From: Candidatus Rifleibacteriota bacterium
GTDB taxonomy: Bacteria; Muiribacteriota; Ozemobacteria; Ozemobacterales; Ozemobacteraceae
Length of the DNA stretch: 45,628 bases
Reading direction: 5' to 3'
NCBI GenBank assembly: GCA_024710195.1
Contig: JANJVH010000061.1
Coordinates: 1-45,628, forward strand
In this document: piece after piece, positions 28,185-38,100 of the stretch
Layout of the letters: each line of letters opens with the position of its first letter
How positions within the stretch are numbered: position 1 is the stretch's first letter
Position numbers and translations under genes: made by a program
Notes under the pieces: generated by a model
Told to the model about the DNA's origin: nothing
What the model saw: only the letters and a program-made list of their open reading frames with translations
Databases searched by the model: none

Positions 28185-29185
28185 TTACGCTTTTTAGCCG
28201 GCCGGTTTTTGCCCGCCGCCGTTTTGGCGGCGGTTTCGGTTATCAGCCAGTTTTTGCTTTCCGCCGGCAATTCAAGACGGGCGGGAACACTTTCGAATTC
28301 GGTCTTTTCGTTCATGCTGACTTTGGCAAAGCTGGCAGCGGTCTCTGATTCCCATTTGAAGTTTTCGGGGCCCCAGTTTTCGGGTTCAAGCTCGAACTCG
28401 AGCTGCAGGCCGTCTTTTTCGACTTTAAAAATTCTCAGACCGTTAAAATCGTAGGCCGCGGTAATATCGAGACCGGCGACTGCAACCCGGCTGCGCTGTG
28501 GCGAAAAGATCGGGCGATCTCCGAGGTTGAAGGTTTTTCCGGTGGCTTCGCTGACAAAAAAGTGCTCAGAACCTTCATACAGCTGGGCATAAATCAGAAA
28601 CAGCCCCTCAGGCTGAACATAATCGATGCAGTAATACATTACATGCGATTCACCGCCGCTGTCATCGCTGGTGAATTCCACTTTGCGGTCACCGGCGCAG
28701 TTCAGGCGCAGTGTCTTACCTTTTCTGACTACTTTAGCCGAAAACCGTCGCAGAACTGTCTTTTCGTCAGTTTCGGCCTCGTTGTCGACAAAATCCGTGT
28801 CGGCCGGTGGATTCTCTGAATCTTTGTCTGCATCTGCTGTTGCCGATTTGACCGCGAGTTTTCCGGTAGTTTCAGCTTTGCGGGGTTCCGGTTGCGATGA
28901 ATTTTCCTGGACAAAGCCGCCAAATACCCAGCCAGTGTGGGCACCCGAACTGACTTTGAACCAGTTGCTGCGTTTGCCCTCTATCTGCTCTTCAGGGCCG
29001 TTTCTGTCGATTACCTCGACTTTTGTTCCCTGCCGCAGTTTTACGATCAATTTTGCATTTCTCGCCGGTTTTTCACGCAGGCTCAGCCCGCTGGCAGCAG
29101 CAATTACCGCCGACTCACCGGCAAGCGCGAGCCCGCTTCCCCAAAACATCATTGCGGCAAGCAGCAGATTAATTCTGTTTTTCAT
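28181..29185 (-). CDS. secreted SH3b-domain protein
   Basis: ATG at 29185 with an AGAGGGG RBS. Signal peptide MKNRINLLLAAMMFWGSGLALAGES. It carries an SH3b-like module (LSLREKP...VKLRQGTKVEVID...WFKVSSGAHTGWVFGGFV). Its 3' end overlaps the convergent gene by 4 nt. Confidence 0.55.
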   Translation of the reverse strand: MKNRINLLLAAMMFWGSGLALAGESAVIAAASGLSLREKPARNAKLIVKLRQGTKVEVIDRNGPEEQIEGKRSNWFKVSSGAHTGWVFGGFVQENSSQPEPRKAETTGKLAVKSATADADKDSENPPADTDFVDNEAETDEKTVLRRFSAKVVRKGKTLRLNCAGDRKVEFTSDDSGGESHVMYYCIDYVQPEGLFLIYAQLYEGSEHFFVSEATGKTFNLGDRPIFSPQRSRVAVAGLDITAAYDFNGLRIFKVEKDGLQLEFELEPENWGPENFKWESETAASFAKVSMNEKTEFESVPARLELPAESKNWLITETAAKTAAGKNRPAKKRN

Positions 29186-29452
29186 GCTGAACCCCTCTGA
29201 ATAAATCATCAGTTCATTAAATCATACATTTTTAAAATGATAAACGTTAGACCCGAAAAAAATATCCGCCGCCAGTTTTGCCGTTGCAATTGTTTGTGAA
29301 AATTTTCCGTTGAAATGCGGATGTATTTTGCAAATCAGCGGCAGTTTTTGCAATTTTTGAATTGCGGAACATTTTGCTGATACGTTAATATGCCCTTATT
29401 AAAGTTTTATGAAGCCTTGAGGAGTTGTTTTTTTTCTGCCGTTGTGCACGGA

Positions 29453-29474
29453 TTAAGCCTGCATGCAGGTTTAA
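29453..29474. promoter_or_regulatory. 22-bp near-perfect palindrome TTAAGCCTGCATGCAGGTTTAA (12-bp perfect core CCTGCATGCAGG): putative operator upstream of the DUF485-actP operon
   Basis: It lies about 60 bp upstream of the DUF485 ATG (29532), has dyad symmetry typical of a dimeric transcription-factor site, and is preceded by TTGCAA repeats at about 29280-29375. Confidence 0.4.
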
Positions 29475-29531
29475 CAGGGATATTGCTGTTCGCCAAACTA
29501 TAGAGGGCATAAAAAAGCCCCAGGAGGAATC

Positions 29532-29825
29532 ATGTTTCACGAACCTGCCGCACAAAGCGGCAAAGATCCGGCTGCCTCGTTCAAGACCCTGCTGGGGGTC
29601 AAAATGTTTGTCGTTTACGCCCTTGTTTACGCCGGTTTTATCGGTATTAACGTCATCAGCCCGCTGGCCATGGAAAAAGAAGTATTCTGGGGTCTGAACC
29701 TGGCCGTAGTCTACGGTTTTGGCCTGATCTTTCTGGCCCTGATCATGGCGCTGATCTACAATCAGGCCTGCAATGCCAGAGAGGCTGCGTTGATGGCTTC
29801 CGGCAGCGAAAAGGCGGGTGAATGA
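29532..29825 (+). CDS. yjcH: DUF485 (YjcH-like) inner-membrane protein
   Basis: 97 aa with two TM helices. An AGGAGG RBS precedes the start. It overlaps the actP start by 8 nt, which is the canonical yjcH-actP arrangement. Confidence 0.8.
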   Translation: MFHEPAAQSGKDPAASFKTLLGVKMFVVYALVYAGFIGINVISPLAMEKEVFWGLNLAVVYGFGLIFLALIMALIYNQACNAREAALMASGSEKAGE

Positions 29826-31746
29826 CATGGAAGTAATGCCCGTAGTCTTGTTTGCTGCCTTTGTCGGCCTGGTTCTCGGTCTTTCGTTCTATTTTGCCCG
29901 TCAGGCAAAGTCGGCCGCCGGTTATTATGCCGCTGGTGGCAGTATTCACTGGTTCGTTAACGGCATCGCCTTCGCCGGTGACTATCTTTCGGCCGCTTCG
30001 TTTCTTGGCATCTGCGGCATGATCGCCACGGCCGGTTACGACGGCTTTCTCTACTCGATCGGCTACCTGGCCGGCTGGATCGTCGCACTGTTTGTCGTGG
30101 CCGAGCCAATGAAGCGCCTTGGCAAATACACCTTCACTGACGCCCTCGACGCCAAGTTCAACTCTAAGGGTATTCAGCTCGCCGCCGCGCTCAGTACCAT
30201 TATTGTGTCGCTGTTTTACCTGATTCCGCAGATGGTCGGTGCCGGCGTTCTCATTACGCCCCTGCTCGGCTTTCCGCACTATATCGGGGTAATTCTCGTC
30301 GGTATCATCGTCATCACTATCGTTGCCACCGCCGGCATGACCTCGACAACCTACGTGCAGTTTCTCAAGGGCGGCCTGTTGATAGTGTTCTCGCTGATTC
30401 TGGTGGTCGTAACCCTGAATCAGGGCCTGACTACCACGCCAGATCAGGGTGGGAAAAAGCCTTTCTATCAATACAGAACGCTCGATGCTTCTGAAGCGAA
30501 CGGCAGTCTGCAGCTCAGCGATGCTTCATATCAGGTTGCCGGTCAGCGCGAAGTTGACGGCCTGACTCTGGTTAAGCTGCTGAAAGACGGCAAAATCAGC
30601 TGGTGGAATCGTGAAACCGCCGCAGCCAACGGTCAGTTCATCCTCAGGGAAGCCCAGTGGGTTATACAGAAGGCCGATGGCACGAAAATCATCAACGGTG
30701 AGGCCGCTTCGGCCGAGAACACTCTCAGGCCGATCGGCAATCTCGAAGTCATCAGGGGAAAAACCGGTGAAGAAGCAAGAATACCCGCAGTCGGCCCGGC
30801 CGAATTTCTTGCTGTCATCGGCCACCCCGAGTCGAAAGTTAAAACCTGGAAATCGGTCAAGTTTGCCGAAGACCTCGATTCTGTCACGGTTCACGTTTCA
30901 TCTCTGATCCCCGGGAACCGTATTTTGCGCCCTGGTCTTAAGTTCAAGGTCGATGGCAGCTTTCTGCAGAAACTCGATTTCGTTTCGCTGATGCTGGCTC
31001 TGTTCCTGGGCACCGCCTCGTTGCCGCATATTCTCATTCGCTACTATACGGTACCGAGTCCGGCGGCCGCGCGCAAATCGACGATTATCGCCATCGCCGC
31101 CATTGGTACCTTCTATGTTCTGACCCTGTATATGGGCCTTGGCGCCATGGTTAACGGCACTATCAATCTGGCCGACAACAACATGTCAGCGCCGCTTCTG
31201 GCAAAGGCTTTCGGCACTTTTCTGTTCGCGATGATTTCGGCAATCGCCTTTGCAACCGTTCTCGGCACCGTCAGTGGTCTGATTGTAGCCGCCTCAGGCG
31301 CAGTTGCCCACGATCTTATGGATAGATATCTCGGTATGAACCTTTCAGAAGAGCGCAAGGTAAGGGCCGGCAAGATTTCAGCCTTTGCCATCGGCATCGT
31401 CAGTATTTTTCTGGGTATCATCTTTGAAGGCATGAATGTCTCGTTTCTCGTCGGCTGGGCCTTTTCGGTCGCCGCATCTGCCAATCTGCCCTCGATCATC
31501 ATGCTGCTGTTCTGGAAACGCACCACCGCCGAAGGCATTATCGCCTCGATCGTGACTGGCGTAATTTCGGCCATGGGCCTGATTCTGCTGTCACCAAGCA
31601 TGTACAAACTCTACGGTCTCGATGCTGCCACTGCCCCGGGTCCTATCGATAACCCGGGTGTGTTCTCGATTCCGTTGAGCTTTGTGGCTCTGGTCGTCGT
31701 TTCGTTGCTTACCGGCAGCAAAAAGGAAGCATCAGCTTCGGTCTGA
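29818..31746 (+). CDS. actP: cation/acetate symporter ActP (SSS family), with an approximately 140-aa insertion in an extramembrane loop
   Basis: 642 aa with SSS-family TM helices; LPHILIRYYTV corresponds to the ActP LPHILMRFFTV motif. An extra soluble segment (about residues 200-370) is absent from E. coli ActP, which is 549 aa. Confidence 0.85.
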   Translation: MNDMEVMPVVLFAAFVGLVLGLSFYFARQAKSAAGYYAAGGSIHWFVNGIAFAGDYLSAASFLGICGMIATAGYDGFLYSIGYLAGWIVALFVVAEPMKRLGKYTFTDALDAKFNSKGIQLAAALSTIIVSLFYLIPQMVGAGVLITPLLGFPHYIGVILVGIIVITIVATAGMTSTTYVQFLKGGLLIVFSLILVVVTLNQGLTTTPDQGGKKPFYQYRTLDASEANGSLQLSDASYQVAGQREVDGLTLVKLLKDGKISWWNRETAAANGQFILREAQWVIQKADGTKIINGEAASAENTLRPIGNLEVIRGKTGEEARIPAVGPAEFLAVIGHPESKVKTWKSVKFAEDLDSVTVHVSSLIPGNRILRPGLKFKVDGSFLQKLDFVSLMLALFLGTASLPHILIRYYTVPSPAAARKSTIIAIAAIGTFYVLTLYMGLGAMVNGTINLADNNMSAPLLAKAFGTFLFAMISAIAFATVLGTVSGLIVAASGAVAHDLMDRYLGMNLSEERKVRAGKISAFAIGIVSIFLGIIFEGMNVSFLVGWAFSVAASANLPSIIMLLFWKRTTAEGIIASIVTGVISAMGLILLSPSMYKLYGLDAATAPGPIDNPGVFSIPLSFVALVVVSLLTGSKKEASASV

Positions 31747-31753
31747 CACCGTC

Positions 31754-31788
31754 GGCAGTAACCCTGGCAGCAGGGTTACTGCCTTTTC
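31754..31788 (+). terminator. Rho-independent terminator after actP
   Basis: The perfect 13-bp stem GGCAGTAACCCTG/CAGGGTTACTGCC has a 4-nt loop and is followed by TTTT. Confidence 0.65.
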
Positions 31789-31801
31789 ACAGGACGCAAT
31801 A

Positions 31802-34345
31802 ATGAAGAATTTTATCTTTCGCAGCATTCTGCCGACTTTTCTGACGATTCTTCTGTTCGTCTGGGCTATTTTCTTTTTTACGCTGCCGGCGCTCGAAAAG
31901 AGCGTTCTCGATCAGAAGCGCGAGATGATCAGAGAGCTTACCAACTCGGCCTGGAACATTCTCGCCAACTTCGAGCATGACGAACGAACCGGCGTAATGA
32001 CCCGCGAACAGGCTCAGAAGCTGGCGATCGAGTCTGTGAGAAACCTGCATTACGGGCAGGGAATGAAAGATTACTTCTGGATCAACGACATGCAGCCGCG
32101 CATGATCATTCATCCCTATCGCACCGATCTCAACGGTAAAGATCTTTCTGCAATCGAGGATTCGTCTGGAAACCGCATTTTCGTTAAATTCGTCGATCTG
32201 GTAAAACGCAGCAGCGCCGGCTATGTTGAATATCTATGGCAGTGGAAAGACGATGCCACGCGGATTTCGCCGAAGCTGTCGTATGTTAAGGGTTTCGAGC
32301 CCTGGGGCTGGATAATCGGCACCGGCGTCTATCTCAACGACGTGCGCCAGGAAATCGCCTCGATCAGAAATTACCTGCTCGTTATTTCGACCCTGATTCT
32401 CGTGCTGGCCTCGGCATTGCTGGCCTTTCTTGTCGCCGGCAGCTACCAGAACGAAAGACAGAGAGAGCGGGCCGAAGCCAGTCTGCGTGCGAGTGAAGAG
32501 AAATACCGCCTGCTCGTTGAATCGGCAGGTGAATACATGATCATGTCGCTTGGGGCCCAGAAGCTTTTCGCCAACTGCAGCATGCTTGGTCTTCTCGGTT
32601 ACAGTGCCGAAGAGTTTGCGCGCCTCGATATTTCTCAGGTGGTCGAGATGTCGGCTGCCGAGATCGAGAAGGGGCGGTCTTTTCCGGTTGCGATGATGAG
32701 TGGCGAACTCAGCCCGATTCAGTATGAGTCGTATCTGGTCGGCAAAAACGGTGTCAGACATCATGTGATGATCTCGCTGTCGAGTATTCCGCAGGGTGAC
32801 ATGCCCGGCTTTCTGATGATCGCCTCTGAACTCACTTCGCAGCAGGAACGGGTGATCAGACAGGACCGCCTGCTCGAAGAACTGCAGCAGAGCCTGCTGT
32901 ATTTTCACCAGCGGGTAACCGACATGGATACTCTGCCGGCAGTCATCTGCCCTGAAACCGTTTCTCTAGAAGAAATTGGCCGGCATTTTGAGAACGATGC
33001 GGTTACCGCCGTGCTTATTGGTAACGATGCCGGTTCGGTCAAGGGTGTACTGATGCTTTCGGCATTTCTCAGGCAGCTTTTTGCTGCTGGTGCCGCGGCA
33101 CCGACAACAGTGCTGGCCGGGCAGCTTGAACCGGCCATCATTGTCGACGAAGATTGTCTGCTTTTCGATGTTTTTCTGCAGTATGAGAAGAACGGCTACC
33201 GGCCGGTATTTTTTCGCAATGCAGCCGGCGAGCTGAGAATGATGAACTATCGCAGTTTTATTTCGCTGCAGCGCTATTCGCCAACGGTGGCGCTGCGGCA
33301 GATTCAGGCAGCACCCGACAACGATAATCTGGCCAGAAGTGCCGGTATTCTGCCTGAACTGGCGCGCATTCTCATCAACAATAAAACGGCAGTCAGTCAG
33401 GTCAATCGCCTGATCACCGATTTTGCTGACATGACCATGGTGCGGGCGATAGAGCTTGCTGTTGGCAAGCTTGGGCGGCCGCCGGTCGAGTTCTGCTTTC
33501 TTGTTCTCGGCAGTCAGGGGCGCCGCGAGCAGACTCTGTGCACCGATCAGGACAACGCCATTCTCTATGCCGATCCCGAACCCGGCCAAGAAGAGCGGGT
33601 CGCCGGCTATTTCAGGGTTCTGGGTGAAGAGGTCTGCAATCTTCTAAATCGCTGCGGGTATGCCTATTGTGAGGGCAAAATCATGGCCATGAACCCGGTC
33701 TGGTGCCAGCCCCTGAAAAAATGGCAGGAGCTGTTTTCGGGCTGGATAACAGCGCTTGAAGCAGAAGACCTGCTGCAGACAAAGATTTTTTTCGATTTTC
33801 GCCCGGTAGTTACCCCTTCTGCCAGGTCTGACGGCTATGCAGCGCTTATCGACCAGCTGCAGCGACACCTCGAAGCCGAGCTGGCAGCCAACCCGCGCTT
33901 CTTTTTCCTGCTGGCGCGCAATATTCTGCAGTATGAGCCGCCGATCGGTGTTTTTGGTAACTTTATTGTCGAAAATAAAAGGCATAAAACCGATGTGCTC
34001 GACATCAAGTCGGTCATGAACCTGGTTGTCGATTTTGCCCGGATTTATGCCCTGAAACATGGTTTGAAGGAACGCAACACGCATGAGCGGCTGAAGGCCC
34101 TGCGAGAAGCCGGTATTTTTTCTGATCAGAGTTATTACGAGCTGAAAATTGCGCTGAGTTATCTGATGCGCATCAGACTCGACAAGCAGGCCGTTTCGAT
34201 CGACCAGGGGCTGTCGCCCGACAATTTTGTCAGCCCCGACCTGCTGACTTCGATCGATCAGAAAATTCTCAAGGAAATTTTTGTGCAGATCAAGAATTTT
34301 CAGGTGCGTCTCAGTTACGATTTTACCGGCATGATGAGCAACTGA
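31802..34345 (+). CDS. membrane sensor: sCache_2-TM-PAS-CBS pair-DUF294 nucleotidyltransferase-DUF294_C
   Basis: True start MKNFIF at 31802. A TM helix is followed by a periplasmic Cache (YFWINDMQPRMIIHPY...YVEYLWQWKD...KLSYVKGFEPWGWIIGTGVYLNDV) and a second TM helix. The cytoplasmic part has a PAS-like segment, CBS-like segments, a Pol-beta-type NTase core (GS...D.D motif in LVLGSQGRREQTLCTDQDNAILY) and a C-terminal helical DUF294_C-like region. Confidence 0.75.
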   Translation: MKNFIFRSILPTFLTILLFVWAIFFFTLPALEKSVLDQKREMIRELTNSAWNILANFEHDERTGVMTREQAQKLAIESVRNLHYGQGMKDYFWINDMQPRMIIHPYRTDLNGKDLSAIEDSSGNRIFVKFVDLVKRSSAGYVEYLWQWKDDATRISPKLSYVKGFEPWGWIIGTGVYLNDVRQEIASIRNYLLVISTLILVLASALLAFLVAGSYQNERQRERAEASLRASEEKYRLLVESAGEYMIMSLGAQKLFANCSMLGLLGYSAEEFARLDISQVVEMSAAEIEKGRSFPVAMMSGELSPIQYESYLVGKNGVRHHVMISLSSIPQGDMPGFLMIASELTSQQERVIRQDRLLEELQQSLLYFHQRVTDMDTLPAVICPETVSLEEIGRHFENDAVTAVLIGNDAGSVKGVLMLSAFLRQLFAAGAAAPTTVLAGQLEPAIIVDEDCLLFDVFLQYEKNGYRPVFFRNAAGELRMMNYRSFISLQRYSPTVALRQIQAAPDNDNLARSAGILPELARILINNKTAVSQVNRLITDFADMTMVRAIELAVGKLGRPPVEFCFLVLGSQGRREQTLCTDQDNAILYADPEPGQEERVAGYFRVLGEEVCNLLNRCGYAYCEGKIMAMNPVWCQPLKKWQELFSGWITALEAEDLLQTKIFFDFRPVVTPSARSDGYAALIDQLQRHLEAELAANPRFFFLLARNILQYEPPIGVFGNFIVENKRHKTDVLDIKSVMNLVVDFARIYALKHGLKERNTHERLKALREAGIFSDQSYYELKIALSYLMRIRLDKQAVSIDQGLSPDNFVSPDLLTSIDQKILKEIFVQIKNFQVRLSYDFTGMMSN

Positions 34346-34357
34346 CAGGAACAAGCG

Positions 34358-35083
34358 ATGCTATTGATAATTGGTGACGTGCATGGGCGGTTTCAGGTGA
34401 TCAATGAGCAGATTGTGCACGCTGAAACTCACTGTGGCTGCCGCGTCGATGCCGTAATCGTGCTCGGCGACATGGGCATTTTCGTCGACACGCTGCGGCG
34501 TTTTTTTGTCGATGCGAACCAGCGCTTTTTGCGGCCGGTATACTTTGTCGACGGCAACCACGAGGAATTTTCGTGCTTTGAGTCGCTGATCGAAGAATAC
34601 CGCGAATTCTTTACCTGGCTGCCGCGCGGCCGGGTGACCGAAATATGTGGTCGGCGGTTTCTGTCGCTCGGTGGCGCCTGTTACATGGATGCGCTTAATT
34701 CGCCCTGCGGCTCTGAAATTCTCGATCATGATATTGACCGATGTCTGCGCAACCCGCCAGATGCGGTTGACATGATCGTTACTCACGATTGCCCCGAGGG
34801 CATTGGTGTTTCGGGTACCCCGGGGTTTGAATTCTACGGAACACCCGGCTTTGCGCGCAGTCAGGAGCTTGTAGAGCATTTCAAGCCCTGCCGCTGGTTT
34901 TTCGGGCATCATCATCGCTGGTTTCATGCGTCTATTGCCGGAACCGACTTTCACGGCCTGCCCGAAAGCTGGAAAGGCTTCGGTCTGCTCGATGAAAACA
35001 TGAATTATCAAAAGGTTGAAAACAGCATAAGCCTTAAATCAGACAGCTGGCTGCAACGTTTATTGCAGTTTTTTATCGGCTGA
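34358..35083 (+). CDS. calcineurin-like metallophosphoesterase
   Basis: 241 aa with GDVHG, GDMG, GNHE and GHHH motifs (PF00149). It lies 13 nt downstream of the DUF294 gene. Confidence 0.7.
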   Translation: MLLIIGDVHGRFQVINEQIVHAETHCGCRVDAVIVLGDMGIFVDTLRRFFVDANQRFLRPVYFVDGNHEEFSCFESLIEEYREFFTWLPRGRVTEICGRRFLSLGGACYMDALNSPCGSEILDHDIDRCLRNPPDAVDMIVTHDCPEGIGVSGTPGFEFYGTPGFARSQELVEHFKPCRWFFGHHHRWFHASIAGTDFHGLPESWKGFGLLDENMNYQKVENSISLKSDSWLQRLLQFFIG

Positions 35084-35100
35084 CTCCTTCGTTGTGCGCC

Positions 35101-38100
35101 TCAGACGAAAATGCGATTGAGCAGATGGCTGAGCTCGCGCAGGCTGTAGGGCTTGTGAATAAAGCCACACAGGCCCTTTTCCTGCATCATTTCGATGTCT
35201 TCTTCTTTTGAAAAACCTGAGGCGAGAACGACCTTGACGTCGGGGCAGATGCTTTTAAGGCGCTCGAAACATTCGCGACCGTTCATTTCGGGCATGATCA
35301 TGTCGAGCAGCACCAGCCTGATATTCTGCCGGTCGGCTTTGAAAGCTTCGATGCCTTCACTGGCCGAGGCTGCGGTTATTGCCTCATAGCCGAAGTGTCT
35401 GAGAATGTCGGCGGCGGTTTCTCTGATGATTTTTTCGTCGTCAATGACGAGAATAGTCCCCTTGCCACGGTGAATGGCTTCATTTGTGTCTTCTTCGTGG
35501 CACTGAAGATTCGACAATGGCAGAAGAATGTTGAAAACCGCACCATTGCCTGGTTCGCTGTAGACGGAAATGGCGCCGAGGTGTTGCCTGATAATGCCGA
35601 AGCTGACTGCCAGGCCAAGCCCGGTGCCCTTACCTGAGGGTTTGGTAGTGAAGAACGGCTCGAAAATGCGCGGAATATTCTCGGGGCTGATGCCGATGCC
35701 AGTGTCGCGCACCTGAATCTTTATGTAGAGGCCGGGCTCAAGCTCGTGCGCGTGCGCGGCGATTTCGTCGAGCTGAATGCACGAACTGCTGAATGACAGG
35801 GTGCCGCCGTCGGGCATTGCATGGCTGGCATTTATGCCGAGATTTATAAAAACCGTCTGCAGCTGTGAAAGGTCGCCGTTGACGATCGAGTGGGGCGCCT
35901 GCAGTTGCTGCTCGATTCTGACTTTCTTGTCGATGCTGCATTCGAGCAGAGCGATGGCTTCATGCACCGCATTATGAACGTCTACCGGAACCGTGCTGAG
36001 AGGCTTCTGGCGGCCAAAGGTGAGCAGTTTCTTTATCAGGTCGGTAGCCCGGTGCGAAGAATCGAGAATAATGTTCAGAAATTTTTTCTGCCGCGGGTTG
36101 TCGCCGGCTTCCATGAACAGAAGTTCGGCTGCACCCATGATGCCGCCCAGAACATTGTTGAAGTCATGAGCGATGCCGCCGGCGAGCTGGCCGACCGCAT
36201 CCATTTTCTGCGCCTGCTGCAGCTGCTGTTCAAGCTTGCGCTGTTCGGTAATTTCAAAAAAGGCGACGACAAAATGATCGGGTTTATATTGAAAGGCCAG
36301 CCCGTCATACCAGCGGTTGTTCAGCGGCAGATGCTGTCTGAATCTGAAGGTTTTGCCGGTTCTGGCGACCCTGCCATAGTTGCCTATCCAGTCGAACGGG
36401 TCGTTTTCTATGCCGGGAAAGGCTTCTCTGACGGTTTTGCCGCGCGGGTCGACACCGGTCAGATTCACATAATTTCTGTTCGCATCGATGAAATGGTAAT
36501 CAAACGGGTTGCCATTTTCATCATAGATCATGCGATGATAGGCAACCCCGAGCGGCCCATTTTCAAACAGCGCGTTGAATTTCCACTCGGCTTCCTTCAG
36601 CTTCTGATGAATCAGGTACTCTTCGGTTATGTTTCTGAAAACGACAACCATGCCCTTCAGTTTCCCGTTTTCGTCGTGAATGAGAGAGGCCTGCTCGGAA
36701 ATATGGTGTTCATCGCCATTTTTATTTATAAGAATGATGTCTTCAGAAGTCCTGAAATGTCTGGTGTTCTGAACAGCTTTTTGAACAGCGGATTTGCACC
36801 TGCCGAGCGTTGAGCCCGGGTTGACCTGATAAATCTCGCTTATATCGCGGTTAATGGCCTCTTCAAGTTTCCAGCCGGTTATTTCTTCGGCGGCCGGGTT
36901 CATGCCTTTGATCGCGCCATTGGTATCGGTCGAAATTACCGCATCGGCGATCGAATTCAGCGTCGTACGGTGCTTTTCTTCTTCACTTTTAATCTCTTCA
37001 AGCAGTTGATCGCGGTCTTCAATTGCACATTTTATCGAGGTTACCATCGAGTTCAGACAGCGCCCGAGTTTGCTGATTTCCTTAATTTCGCTTCTGGGAA
37101 GCTCGATAGCGCCAATTCCTTCTGATTCGATGCGTGCTGCCGCCGCCGCGAGTTCCTGCAGTGGCCGGCTCAGGCTGTCTGCAAGCATCGATGCGAGTAT
37201 TGATGACAGCGAGAGGAGCAGGGTGAGAATCAGCAGGATTTTCCAGCGCAGGCGATAGAGCGGGCTTTTCAGCTCTTCTGTATATACGGATGCGACGATA
37301 TACCAGTCGAGTGGTTTAAAATGAAAAGCACAGGCTGTTTTCTCGAAGAGTGCCTTTTTGTCGCTGCCGGGTTTCTGCCATCTGTAAGAGAGCATTTCGC
37401 CCGGCCGCCCGGCAATCTGTACCAGCTGCCGCAGAATCGTTTTTTCGTGCTCCGGGTCCTGAAAACCCTCGGGCCCCTTGCCCTCGTAATCAGGGTGGAC
37501 AAGTATGTTGAAGTTTGCATCGAAAAGAAAAAGATAGCTGTTTTCAGAAATTTTCACCTTGCTGAAAGCCTTTTTCAGTTCTTTGATTATAGCTTCCATG
37601 CGCAGTTGACTGTCGGTTTCGATGTCGTCCATGTAGATGCCGGCGCCGATAATCCAGTTCCAGGGTTTGAAGAGCTTCACGTAAGAAAGCTTGGCTTTTA
37701 TTTCGGCGGTTCCTGAGGCGGTTGGTTTCGGCCAGAGATAGTCGACAAAACCTTCGCCATCTTCAGAGCAGGCCTGGACAAAAGCATTGAACAGGTTTTC
37801 TTTGCGACCCAGTGCATTGTTGAACAGGGGGTCGCTGCTGTCCATTCTCTGTCCTTCAAGCTCTGGCATTGCCGGGTGAGCGATAACCCGCGGATTCGGA
37901 CTTTCTGCGGTGTTGACCCAGATGTAGCCGGTGCCGTCGGCATAGCGGAAATGCCGGATTCTATGCAGAAAACGTTGCTGGGCGGTCGCCTCGTCGAGCT
38001 GACCATTGATAATCTGCTGCTGGTAACTCTCTGCCATGCGGCTGGTGATTTCGACGATGTTCTGCAGATTCTGCTTACGCTCTCTGGTCAGCGATTCGCG

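Noticed and set aside
35195-38006. Several 60-300-aa ORFs antisense to the hybrid histidine kinase gene (for example 35890-36813 plus)
   Set aside because: They lie inside a 1066-aa gene with a full kinase motif complement and have no domain signatures of their own.
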